DNA of 64,000 nt, from assembly GCA_963831805.1 (NCBI GenBank), contig CAWHRN010000010.1:1107-65106 (forward strand). The letters run 5' to 3'. The DNA comes from an uncultured Verrucomicrobiae bacterium (lineage in GTDB: Bacteria > Verrucomicrobiota > Verrucomicrobiia > Chthoniobacterales > UBA10450). The position numbers were made by a program, and so were the translations under genes. The notes beneath the pieces were generated by a model, which was given only the letters and a program-made list of their open reading frames with translations, had not been told where the DNA came from and made no database searches. Positions 51,842 to 60,535 of the stretch are shown here, in pieces (position 1 is the first letter of the stretch; each line of letters begins with the position of its first letter).

Positions 51842-53000
51842 CTAACGAGCCCCGGCGCGGACTTTTCCTTTTTGGAAATTCCCCGGCGGCTGCTTCTCGT
51901 CATCGGGCGCCGCGCCGGCGGAGTTCCCCAGGTCCTGCTCCTCCGGCGGGAGGAACTTCTTGAACAGGTTCTTGTCGATCGCCTTCATGTACGCCTCGTG
52001 CGGCGAGACGACGCCCTGCTGGAGGTTCGCCCAGATCGCGTCGTCCATGAACTGCATCCCCTGCCCCTTGCCGCTCACGATCACGTCCTGTAGTTTCTGC
52101 GTCGCGCCTTCGCGGATGATCGACGAGACGGCGCTGTTGGAGATGAGGATTTCGTTAACCGCGAGCCGGCCCTTGCCGTCGGCGCGCTTCAGGAGGAGCT
52201 GCGCGACCACGCCGCGCAGCGAGTTGGCGAGCATCGTGCGGACCTGCGGCTGCTTGTCGGCGGGGAAGACGTCGATCATACGGTCGACCGTCTTGCGGGC
52301 GTTGTTCGTGTGCAGGGTGCCGAAGACGAGCAGGCCGGTCTCCGCCGCGGTCAGCGCGAGCTGAGATCGTCTCCAGATCGCGCATTTCGCCGACGAGCAC
52401 GATGTCGGCGTCTTCGCGCAGCGCGGCCTTCAGGCCCGCCGGGAAGGTGGCCGAGTGCTCCGGCACCTCGCGCTGGGTGATGATGCTCTGCTTGTTGTTG
52501 TGCACGAACTCGATCGGCTCCTCGATCGTGATGATGTGCCGCGAATAGTTGCTGTTGATGTAATCGATGAGCGCCGCCAGCGTCGTCGATTTGCCGGAAC
52601 CGGTCGGCCCGGTGACGAGGACGAGGCCGCCGCGCAGGTGGCCGAATTCCTTGACCACCGGCGGCATGCCCAGCTGCTCGAGCGACGCGATCTTCGTGGG
52701 GATGAGGCGGAAGACGCCGCCGTAGCCGTTCGTCTGCTTGAGGAAGTTGCAACGAAAGCGCGACTCCTCATCCATCTCGTAGGCGAAATCGAGGTCGCCG
52801 CGCTCCTCGAAGATCTCCCAGCTCTTCGGCCCGCTGATTTCGCTCATCATGTGCACCGCCTCGTCGCGCGTGACCGGCTCGTCGCGAATGGCCATTACGT
52901 CGCCGTGCCGGCGGATCTTCGGCGGCTGCCCCTCGCCGAGGTGCAGGTCGGAGGCGCCTTCAGTGACGAGGACTTCGAAGAATTGATCGATGTAGGGCAC
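51842..53000 (-). CDS. Type IV pilus retraction ATPase paralogue (PilT/PilU family), frameshift near 52360
   Basis: GLVLVTGPTGSGKSTTLAA (Walker A), IITIEEPIEF, DADIVLVGEMRDLETI, then LLVFGTLHTNNA... in ORF 51842..52279. Confidence 0.8.
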
Positions 53001-53063
53001 GGTCGGAAGGATGCAGGCGGAAGGATGAAGGATGAAATGAAGAGTGGGCGCGAGGGTGACTTT

Positions 53064-53525
53064 CTATGTTCTGGCCTCGCTCCGTGCCGGGGCGACTTCG
53101 CTCCGTGCCGGGGCGACCTCGCTCCGTGATGGGTGGACGTTACTCCGGGGCCGGGCGGCGTCCCGCCGCGGCGGCTGCACGTCCGGCTGTGGCAGTTGCA
53201 CGTCCCGCTGCGGCAGCTGCACGTCCGGCTGCGGCAGCTGCACGTCCCGCTGTGACGGATTGGCGTCATTCCGCGGCAGCCGCACGTCCAGCTGCGACGG
53301 ATTGGCGTCCTTCCGCGGCAGCCGCACGTCCAGCTGCGACGGATTGACGTCCTTCCGCGGCAGCTGCACGTCCGGCCGCCACGGCGGGACGCCCTTCCGG
53401 AGCGGCGGGACGCCCTTCCGGGGCGGGTGAATGTCCGCCCGGCACGGGTAAACGTGCGTCTGGAAAGGAGGGGCGCTGTGCCAAGACCGACGGGCGCTGT
53501 TCCAGCACGGCTCGACGCTCGTCAT
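53064..53525 (-). CDS. Possible heptad-repeat, proline-rich small protein encoded by the 21-bp array, co-oriented with both pilT genes
   Basis: The ATG lies 3 nt after the pilT stop, with GGGGAG ~13 nt upstream. Repeats read DVQLPQP/DVQLPQR/DVRLPRKDANPSQL. The 3n periodicity is kept in diverged units, but the coding strand is not provable from sequence alone. Confidence 0.3.
   Translation of the reverse strand: MTSVEPCWNSARRSWHSAPPFQTHVYPCRADIHPPRKGVPPLRKGVPPWRPDVQLPRKDVNPSQLDVRLPRKDANPSQLDVRLPRNDANPSQRDVQLPQPDVQLPQRDVQLPQPDVQPPRRDAARPRSNVHPSRSEVAPARSEVAPARSEART
53077..53470. repeat. Degenerate tandem array with strict 21-bp periodicity (~19 units)
   Basis: Example units: TCGCTCCGTGCCGGGGCGACT x2, TCCGGCTGYGGCAGYTGCACG / TCCCGCTGCGGCAGCTGCACG alternating, and a 42-bp super-unit TCMTTCCGCGGCAGCCGCACGTCCAGCTGCGACGGATTGRCG x3. 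All six frames are open. Confidence 0.85.
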
Positions 53526-53528
53526 GGC

Positions 53529-54647
53529 TCAGGCGTTCTCCCCGACGTGCTGGCGCATGGCCTGTTTCTGTTCCGCGCGGGCGATCGCTTCCTCGCCGCT
53601 GATCAGGCCTTCGTCGAAGAGCTGCGTGAGGGAGTCGTCCATCAGGCGCATCCCCTGTTTGCGGCCGGTCTGGATGATCCCGGGGAGCATGTAGGTCTTG
53701 GCTTCGCGGATGACGTTCGCGACGGCGGGGGTGTTGGTCAGCACCTCGAGCGCGAGGACCCGGCCGTGGCCGTCCACCCGCGGGACGAGCTGCTGGCTGA
53801 TCACGCCGCGGAGCGATTCGCTCACCATGACGCGGATCTGGTCCTGCTGGTCGACCGGGAAGACGTCGAGGAGCCGGTCGAGGGTGCGCGAGGCGTTCCC
53901 GGTATGCAGCGTGCCGAGGACGAGGTGCCCCGTCTCGGACGCGGTGATCGCCAGCGAGATCGTCTCGAGGTCCCGCATCTCGCCGACCATGATGACGTCG
54001 GGATCTTCGCGCAGCGAGCCGCGGAGGGCGGCCCCGAAGGACTTCGTGTGGGTGTGCACTTCGCGCTGGGTGATGTGGCAGCCCTTCGGCTGGAAGACGT
54101 ATTCGATCGGGTCCTCCAGCGTGATGATGTGTTCGTGGCGCTCGAGGTTCACCTGTTCGACGAGCGCGGCGAGGGTGGTCGATTTGCCGCTGCCGACCGA
54201 CCCGGTGACGAGGATGAGGCCGTTGTGGAAACGCGTCAGGAGTTTCAGCCCCTCCGGCAGACCGAGCTCGTCCATCGTGCGCACCTGCGTGCTGATGATC
54301 CGGAAGACGAGGTCGAGCCCGAGCCGTTGCCGCACGACGCTGGTGCGGAAGCGCCCGAACTCCGTGGCGTAGGCGAAGTCCACGTCGCCCCGCTCCGCGA
54401 GCTGCGCGCGCTGGGCGGGGTCGAGGAAACCCTGGGCGAGCGCCTCGGTTTCTTCCGCGGTGAATTTCGGCGCATCCGGCCAGATCGGCTGGAGCGTGCC
54501 GTGGAGCCGCCAGAGCGGCGGGGCGTTCACCCCGAGGTGAATGTCGGACGCGCCACCTTCCTGCCCGATGGCGAGATACTGGTCGACGTGCGGACTGGCC
54601 GCCTCCGCACCCGCCGGAGTCGCGGCGGCGTCGGGTTCAACTGTCAT
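53529..54647 (-). CDS. pilT: Type IV pilus twitching-motility ATPase PilT
   Basis: Intact 372 aa: GLILVTGSVGSGKSTTLAA, IITLEDPIEY, DPDVIMVGEMRDLETI, GHLVLGTLHT. Confidence 0.9.
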   Translation of the reverse strand: MTVEPDAAATPAGAEAASPHVDQYLAIGQEGGASDIHLGVNAPPLWRLHGTLQPIWPDAPKFTAEETEALAQGFLDPAQRAQLAERGDVDFAYATEFGRFRTSVVRQRLGLDLVFRIISTQVRTMDELGLPEGLKLLTRFHNGLILVTGSVGSGKSTTLAALVEQVNLERHEHIITLEDPIEYVFQPKGCHITQREVHTHTKSFGAALRGSLREDPDVIMVGEMRDLETISLAITASETGHLVLGTLHTGNASRTLDRLLDVFPVDQQDQIRVMVSESLRGVISQQLVPRVDGHGRVLALEVLTNTPAVANVIREAKTYMLPGIIQTGRKQGMRLMDDSLTQLFDEGLISGEEAIARAEQKQAMRQHVGENA

Positions 54648-54705
54648 CGCGAGGCGGCACGCCGGGAAAGTAGAGAGCCGCCGCCGCGGCGTAAACTTCT
54701 TTTCC

Positions 54706-55107
54706 TCAGCGCCGCGCGGCCGAGGGGGGCGCGCCGTATTTCTTCGTCATTTTCTTTGCGAAGTAGCCCATTACAACCGGTTGCAGGAGAGGACCGGCCA
54801 CGCGGACCGCGCTCAGGAGCAATCCCGCGTCGAGCAGCCGCCCATTCCCCGCGCGGCCGACCTTTTTCCCGGCGGCGCTGAGGTAAACTTTCTGGGTGCG
54901 AGCCCGGAGGAGGGCGACGAGAAGCCCGAGCGCGAGAGCGGAACCCAGCCAGAAGACAGTGTTGCGTTGGAACGACTTCTTTACCTTCAGGGGAAGGTTA
55001 AGTTCGTACTCGATCCCGCCGACATCGCGGGCGAGCTCGGCGCGGGAAGCTGCGATTCTGCGCCTTAGTTCCGCGTTGCTTTCTTCTGATCCAGATTTTT
55101 CAGCCAT
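54706..55107 (-). CDS. Hypothetical membrane protein, third gene of a YqjD/YqjE-like cluster
   Basis: 133-aa ORF with one central TM (VFWLGSALALGLLVALL). Position downstream of the DUF883-like and holin-X-like genes. Confidence 0.4.
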   Translation of the reverse strand: MAEKSGSEESNAELRRRIAASRAELARDVGGIEYELNLPLKVKKSFQRNTVFWLGSALALGLLVALLRARTQKVYLSAAGKKVGRAGNGRLLDAGLLLSAVRVAGPLLQPVVMGYFAKKMTKKYGAPPSAARR

Positions 55108-55493
55108 TCCGTATCCTCTTTCAAAACCGCCGCGGTGTCCCGGAAGACCGGCCGCTTAAACTGTCCCCGCGCGATCACCATGCAGAGGATCGCCCCGCCA
55201 AAGTGAAGCAGCGCAAAGACCAGCGCCGTCCAGAGCCAGGAGATCCCGAGCAAATGGGCCAGCCCCACGATCGCAAACGCGAGCAGCAGGAGGTAACCCA
55301 ACAGCACGAGCAAGCCGGCGGCGATGAAGCAGGCCACCAGCGTGACGAGGTGTATCACCGCCCCCTTCGCCTCTTTCCCCGCGAGGCTCAGCCGGCTCTC
55401 GAGAAAGCGCGCGCCGGAGCTAACCAGCGCCACGAGATTCGCACGCAGCCCCGGATAACCCGCGGGGTTGCGAAAACGCATCGGCTCGCCCAT
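55065..55493 (-). CDS. Phage-holin-X / YqjE-like two-TM membrane protein
   Basis: 142 aa with two long hydrophobic helices (VTLVACFIAAGLLVLLGYLLLLAFAIVGL; WLWTALVFALLHFGGAILCMVIA). Assigned from topology and context only. Confidence 0.5.
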   Translation of the reverse strand: MGEPMRFRNPAGYPGLRANLVALVSSGARFLESRLSLAGKEAKGAVIHLVTLVACFIAAGLLVLLGYLLLLAFAIVGLAHLLGISWLWTALVFALLHFGGAILCMVIARGQFKRPVFRDTAAVLKEDTEWLKNLDQKKATRN

Positions 55494-55503
55494 CCGCCGT
55501 GCC

Positions 55504-55797
55504 CTAACGACGGAAAATCAACCCGAGCACGAATCCAATCCCGAGAGCGGAAAAGACGGCCTTGGTGGGATTCTCACGGACGTACTGTTCGCTATCTTCC
55601 TGGAAGCTGCGCACACGATAGCGCGCGTCGTTCCAGGCGTCTTCCGCCCGGCCGCGATACTCGTCCGCCACGGCGCCGGCGGCGGACTTGATTTCATTCG
55701 CGGCTTTGCGCGCATGTTTGGCTCCCTTTTCGGCGGCCTCCTGCGCTTCCGGCGGAATCGCGGACTCTTCTGCTGATTTCTGGTGTTCGTCTGACAT
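55504..55797 (-). CDS. DUF883 (ElaB/YqjD/YgaM-like) tail-anchored stress protein
   Basis: 97 aa with a hydrophilic helical N-part and the C-terminal motif ENPTKAVFSALGIGFVLGLIFRR. Confidence 0.7.
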   Translation of the reverse strand: MSDEHQKSAEESAIPPEAQEAAEKGAKHARKAANEIKSAAGAVADEYRGRAEDAWNDARYRVRSFQEDSEQYVRENPTKAVFSALGIGFVLGLIFRR

Positions 55798-55942
55798 GAT
55801 ATTTTTCCCTTTTGGTTAAAACCCTGGCGCCGGCCGCTCGCATCCCCGGGGAAGAGCGCGCCGAGGCCTCCTCCCAACATACGGAACTCACGGTCTGTGC
55901 GCGCTTACATTCTCGCGCGAGCGGCGGGGATTCTGCCGACGG

Positions 55943-56158
55943 TTATTTCGCGCGGAAAATGATCCGCGCCTTGGTCAGATCGTAGGGAGAGAGCTCCACC
56001 TCGACTTTATCCCCCGGGACGATGCGGATGAAATGCTTCCGCATCTTCCCCGAGATGTGCGCCAGCACATTCCGCTGCCCGAGATCGACGCGGAACATGG
56101 TCCCGGGCAACACCTGGGTCACCGTCCCTTCCGTCACGATCTGCTCCTCTTTCGGCAT
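55943..56158 (-). CDS. infA: Translation initiation factor IF-1
   Basis: [26 protein letters not shown]...[35 protein letters not shown]. Confidence 0.95.
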   Translation of the reverse strand: MPKEEQIVTEGTVTQVLPGTMFRVDLGQRNVLAHISGKMRKHFIRIVPGDKVEVELSPYDLTKARIIFRAK

Positions 56159-56203
56159 GACCTTAATCTGCCGCAGACTCGTTAGGTTGGCAAACCGCCG
56201 CGC

Positions 56204-58063
56204 TCACTGGAGGGAGATCGCCGGCAGATAGGTGCTCGGACCGTCGCGCCGCCACCACGCGCCCGTGGCCCGGCGTTCCGCCGGGGTGGTGAAGCGGTAC
56301 TGGTAAAGATCCGCGCGGAGCAGGCGCGGCGGCTTGTCCGGGAAAGGATTCGTCCGCAGGAGAGCGAGCACGCTCGGCTCGTTCTCCAGCAGCCGCACCG
56401 CCAGCCCGAGGAACCACCGATCCTGCTCCGGACCGCCCCCGAGCGCCGCGAACCACATCTGCCAATCGAGCCGCGGCTGATGCGGCTCCACGAAACCGGG
56501 CATCCGGTCGAGCGCGCCGGGCTTCCATTTGAACTCGTACGGCTTCCACTCCCGGCCGTCGTTGCTTCCTTCGATGATGATCTCCGGCCGTTCCTTCGTC
56601 ATCACGCGAAAGAGGCCGTAGCCGTTCACCACGCGGAACGGCTCGATCGCGCCGTAGAGCGCGGCGAGCGGGCGCGGCCAGCGCACGTTCGTGCAGCTCG
56701 CGAGCAGGAGCATGGCATTCACCGGCAAGGTCACCGCGACCACGAGCGCGACCGCCCAGGCGGCCCAGCCATTCCCGCGAGTCGCCGGCGCGCTCCGTCC
56801 CGGCCAGCTGTGGTCGTCCACGAGGAGCAGACAGAGCGCGATCGTCAGCAAGTTAAAAAAGGCGTAGTTCCCGGTGAGCCCGATCACCACCTGCAAGATC
56901 ACCAGCGCCGCCGCGCCGCTCAGCCGGAAATGCCGCGGCAGCCAGAGCAGGAACGCGCCGCCGATCTCCACCACGAGCACGGCCGCGGTGGAGAAATGCC
57001 GGGTCCACTCCGGCGCCTGCGCGGCCCACCAGCCCGGCGCCGTCGGCAGCGGTTGCGTCCAATAATGGTAATCGAGCGCGCTCAGGTTCCACCACGACGC
57101 GTCGCCGCTCGTCAGCTTCACCACGCCGGACATCAGCATCAATTTGAAGAGGAGGAAGTGCAGCAGAAAGACCGCGACCCGCGAGTGCGGCATCGCCTCG
57201 TTAGGCCGGACCCACCAGCGCCACGGCGCGAGGAAGATCGCGAGGAAACCGGCCTCCAGCAGCAGGATGTCCCATTGGAAACTAAGGAAGTCCTGACCCG
57301 CGATGGTCAGCGACAGGTAATCGGCGAAGAGCAGCACGAGACAGAGCACCGGCGCGACGCCCGCCACCAACAGCAGCGCGAGCGCCGCCCCCGCGCCACA
57401 GAGCAGATGGAGCGCGGCATCGCTGGCGTTGAACCAACAGAGAGTCGGGAGGACCAGCGCAGCGTGCGCGCCGAGTTGCCCCTTCGCCGCCGCGAGGTAA
57501 CCCGCGACCGGCGCAATCCCGTGCGCGCCGACGAGCCCATCCACCTGCACCCAAAGCGAGAGAAACGCGATCAGGTAGATCACGCCGACGGCGCGGAGGA
57601 ACCAATTCGCGGCCCGGTGATACGTCGGACGTCGCACGTCCTTCCCCCACCCGATCGCGGTGAACCGATGCGCCAGCTCCCGGTGCCCCGCGATGAACCG
57701 GTAGGTCGCCTCCGTCAGCGGCGCGAACCCCGGGACGCGCGTGTAACTCCAGCGGCCGATCGCCCATCTCCGGCCCGCGCCGAGCGAGCGGAAAACCGCT
57801 TCCGCACTGCTGAAGACGGCGCCATCTGGTTCCACCAGCTTCACCGCCCGTTCGAAGGCCGCCCGCGGCACTTCCGGGAAATGTTCCGCCGCTTCCTGCA
57901 GCGGCGCGTAGTCCACCCGCCCGGCGGTGATCTCCCGCCACCGCGCGATCCAGAGTTTGCAAAAGCCGCAATCCCCGTCGTAAACCAAGAGCGGCCGCGA
58001 CGGCGGGACGGCAACCTGAGACACGGGACCGGGCACGCCCCAAAGTCCGACGCCCCGCCGCAA
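56204..58063 (-). CDS. DCC-type thiol-disulfide oxidoreductase (DUF393) fused to a lipase-maturation-factor (LMF1-like) membrane domain
   Basis: N-terminal LVYDGDCGFCKLWIARW. Polytopic middle part. C-terminal NGYGLFRVMTKERPEIIIEGSNDGREWKPYEFKWKPG...PHQPRLDWQMWFAAL. Confidence 0.7.
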   Translation of the reverse strand: MRRGVGLWGVPGPVSQVAVPPSRPLLVYDGDCGFCKLWIARWREITAGRVDYAPLQEAAEHFPEVPRAAFERAVKLVEPDGAVFSSAEAVFRSLGAGRRWAIGRWSYTRVPGFAPLTEATYRFIAGHRELAHRFTAIGWGKDVRRPTYHRAANWFLRAVGVIYLIAFLSLWVQVDGLVGAHGIAPVAGYLAAAKGQLGAHAALVLPTLCWFNASDAALHLLCGAGAALALLLVAGVAPVLCLVLLFADYLSLTIAGQDFLSFQWDILLLEAGFLAIFLAPWRWWVRPNEAMPHSRVAVFLLHFLLFKLMLMSGVVKLTSGDASWWNLSALDYHYWTQPLPTAPGWWAAQAPEWTRHFSTAAVLVVEIGGAFLLWLPRHFRLSGAAALVILQVVIGLTGNYAFFNLLTIALCLLLVDDHSWPGRSAPATRGNGWAAWAVALVVAVTLPVNAMLLLASCTNVRWPRPLAALYGAIEPFRVVNGYGLFRVMTKERPEIIIEGSNDGREWKPYEFKWKPGALDRMPGFVEPHQPRLDWQMWFAALGGGPEQDRWFLGLAVRLLENEPSVLALLRTNPFPDKPPRLLRADLYQYRFTTPAERRATGAWWRRDGPSTYLPAISLQ

Positions 58064-58105
58064 AGGTCGAGCCTCAAGATGAGCCCGCCGCGCCCCGCGC
58101 CGAGC

Positions 58106-58876
58106 CTAACGACCGAACTCCGCCCAGACCGGCGCGTGATCCGAAGGCTCAGGACCCTTCCGCATTTCCCGGTCGATCCCCGCCCCGGTCAGCTCCGCGC
58201 TCAACTCGCTCCCGGCGAGGATGGCGTCGATCCGCAGGCCGCGATTCTTTGGGAACGCGAGCATCCGGTAGTCCCACCAACTATAGAGCCCCGGCTCCGG
58301 ATGGAGCAGCCGCAGCGAATCCGCGAGCCCGAGTCCCTCCAGCGCGCGGAAGGCCGCCCGCTCCGGCTCCGAGCACATGATCGCGCCGTGCCAGAGCGCC
58401 GGATCGTGCACATCCGCATCCGCCGGCGCGACGTTGAAGTCCCCGCACACGAGCGTCCGAGCCAGCCCGCGGCTCTCCTCTTGCAGCCGGGCGGTGAGCC
58501 GTTGGAACCAGCGGAGCTTGTATTGATACGCCGTGCTCCCGACCGCCTGCCCGTTAGGCGCGTAGATCGAAAACACGCGCGCGTCGCCCACTTCCGCGCT
58601 GATCACCCGCGCCTGATCATCCGCCTCCGCGTCGCCCATTCCGATGCGGACCGCGCGCGGCTCCGTGCGGGAGAGAATCGCGACCCCGTTATAAGACTTC
58701 TGCCCGTGGAAGACCGCGAAATAGCCCGCCCCGCGCAGCGCGAGCTCGGGAAATTGCTCGTCGGTGCACTTCGTTTCCTGGAGGCAGACGATATCCGGCG
58801 CGCTCGCCTCGAGCCAGGCGAGGAGGCGATCCTGCCGTCTGCGCAGCGAGTTGATGTTCCACGAAGCGATGCGCAT
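58106..58876 (-). CDS. xthA: Exodeoxyribonuclease III
   Basis: MRIASWNINSLRRR, CLQETK, GDFNVAP, SDHAPV. Intact 256 aa. Confidence 0.9.
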   Translation of the reverse strand: MRIASWNINSLRRRQDRLLAWLEASAPDIVCLQETKCTDEQFPELALRGAGYFAVFHGQKSYNGVAILSRTEPRAVRIGMGDAEADDQARVISAEVGDARVFSIYAPNGQAVGSTAYQYKLRWFQRLTARLQEESRGLARTLVCGDFNVAPADADVHDPALWHGAIMCSEPERAAFRALEGLGLADSLRLLHPEPGLYSWWDYRMLAFPKNRGLRIDAILAGSELSAELTGAGIDREMRKGPEPSDHAPVWAEFGR

Positions 58877-58915
58877 CCGTTTCCTCTAGCGGTCCCGCCG
58901 CGCTCCGGCAATCCT

Positions 58916-58993
58916 TCTCCTGCTCTTGCTCATGCTCCTGCTCCTCTTCCCGTTCCCCGCCTGAGCCGGGAGGATTAGGAGCAAGAGCAGGAG
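58916..58993. repeat. 15-bp perfect inverted repeat with ~48-nt spacer
   Basis: CTCCTGCTCTTGCTC (58916-58930) and GAGCAAGAGCAGGAG (58979-58993), between the stop of the MBL gene and the start of xthA. Confidence 0.6.
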
Positions 58994-59017
58994 CGGGATT
59001 AGGAGAGGAAGCCCCGC

Positions 59018-60445
59018 CTACAGCTCGATCTCCACCCCGGGCGGCGGAACAATTATCTCACTCCCCGGCAACGCCGCGGCGCTCGCCGCCCTCATCCACT
59101 CCACCGCCGGGGGGTCCCCGTGCACCAGCACCACCTTTCGCGGGGCGAGCCGGGTAATGTAGTCCACCAGCCCCTTCCGCGGGGCGTGCGCGCTGAATTG
59201 AAACTGCTGCACATCGCACCGCAGGGTCTGCGCCGGTTCCTCCTCGTCGAGCGAAACCAGATCGCCGACCTGCGCCGCCCTCAGCCGCCCGGCCGGCGAA
59301 GCCGGATCGGCGTAGCCGACGAAGAAAATCGAGTGCTTCGGATCCTCCAGCAGCCGCCGCCCGAACACGTTCGAGAGAGTCTTTTCCGTCATCATCCCGC
59401 TCGAGAGCGCGTAGATCCGCCCCGGCCGCGCCGGCGCGTCGCCGATCGATTTCCCGTTGAGCACGAACGGCTGCACCGCGGGGAAAAGCTCCAGCCCCGG
59501 CACCACCCGGGCCGTATCGTTGGCCCGCCGATCATAAATCTCCGTCATCTTCGCGCTGAGGCCGCCGATGTAGATCGGCACGTCGTCGATCGCCCCCGCC
59601 TGCTTCAGCCGGTGGATCAGCGTGAGCATCTCCTGCGTCTTGCCAAGGGCGAACACCGGCACCATCACACAGCCACCTTTCGCGAAGGCGGCGTTCAGCG
59701 CCGCCGTGAACCGCTCCTCCTCCGCCGCGCGGGTGAACCCCTCCGGCAGCGGCGTCGCCCCGTGCGTCGTCTCGATGATCAATACATCGACCGGCTCCTC
59801 CGGGAAGACCGCGCCCTTCGCCAGCGTCTGATCGTCGAAATTCACATCCCCCGTGTAGAAGACGCTTCTCCCCTCCACCTCCAGCCGGATCCCCGCCGCG
59901 CCGAGGACATGCCCCGCGTCCCAGAACTCAAACGTCATCCCCTCCTCCCGACCCGCCGGGACTCGCTCCCCCGCCAGGTTGATCACCGTGCGCAACGGAC
60001 AAGCCTGCCACCGATCCGCCGCGCGATCCGTCTCCTTGTGCCCGTAGAGCGGGTAATTCGCCAGCCCGCGCTCCGTCCGCTGCCGGGTCATCACGTTGAT
60101 CGAGTTGTGGAGGAGCGCCTCCCCGATCTGGGTGGTGGCGCTCGTCATGAAGACCGGCACCTGCGGCTGCTGCCGCATCAGGATCGGCAGCGACCCGATG
60201 TGATCCAGATGCGCGTGCGAGACGAGGATCGCGTCGACCGGCCGACCGGCGAGCGCGCCGAGCCGAGGGAGCGCATCGTCCCCGATCTCCTTCGGGTGCA
60301 TCCCCGAGTCGAGCACGATCCCCTGCCCGCCCGCCCCGAGGTAATAACTATTCGCGCCGATCTCCGTGCGCCGCGTCAGATTGATGAACTTCAAAGCCGG
60401 CGCGCAGCGTGGCGAGGAACGCAGCCTCCGGCAACTAAAAAGCAT
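59018..60445 (-). CDS. MBL-fold metallo-hydrolase of the beta-CASP (RNA-metabolising) type
   Basis: GANSYYLGAGGQGIVLDSG, ILVSHAHLDHIGSLP, TGDVNFDD, FSAHAPRKGL, VVLVHGD. Only the C-terminal ~475 aa of ORF 59018..61507 are credible. The start may be the TTG at 60394 (LKFINLTR). Confidence 0.75.
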   Translation of the reverse strand: MLFSCRRLRSSPRCAPALKFINLTRRTEIGANSYYLGAGGQGIVLDSGMHPKEIGDDALPRLGALAGRPVDAILVSHAHLDHIGSLPILMRQQPQVPVFMTSATTQIGEALLHNSINVMTRQRTERGLANYPLYGHKETDRAADRWQACPLRTVINLAGERVPAGREEGMTFEFWDAGHVLGAAGIRLEVEGRSVFYTGDVNFDDQTLAKGAVFPEEPVDVLIIETTHGATPLPEGFTRAAEEERFTAALNAAFAKGGCVMVPVFALGKTQEMLTLIHRLKQAGAIDDVPIYIGGLSAKMTEIYDRRANDTARVVPGLELFPAVQPFVLNGKSIGDAPARPGRIYALSSGMMTEKTLSNVFGRRLLEDPKHSIFFVGYADPASPAGRLRAAQVGDLVSLDEEEPAQTLRCDVQQFQFSAHAPRKGLVDYITRLAPRKVVLVHGDPPAVEWMRAASAAALPGSEIIVPPPGVEIEL

Positions 60446-60535
60446 GCGGGCTGGCGGCGAACCCGGCCGAGCCGCCCGCACGCACCTCTGCGCTTTGCGT
60501 TTCCCTTGCGCGCTCATCTGACGGATAATCGGCCG

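Noticed and set aside
53077-53470. Tandem array considered as a CRISPR array.
   Set aside because: The units are contiguous 21-bp repeats with no unique spacers, no cas genes are nearby, and the repeat length is too short.
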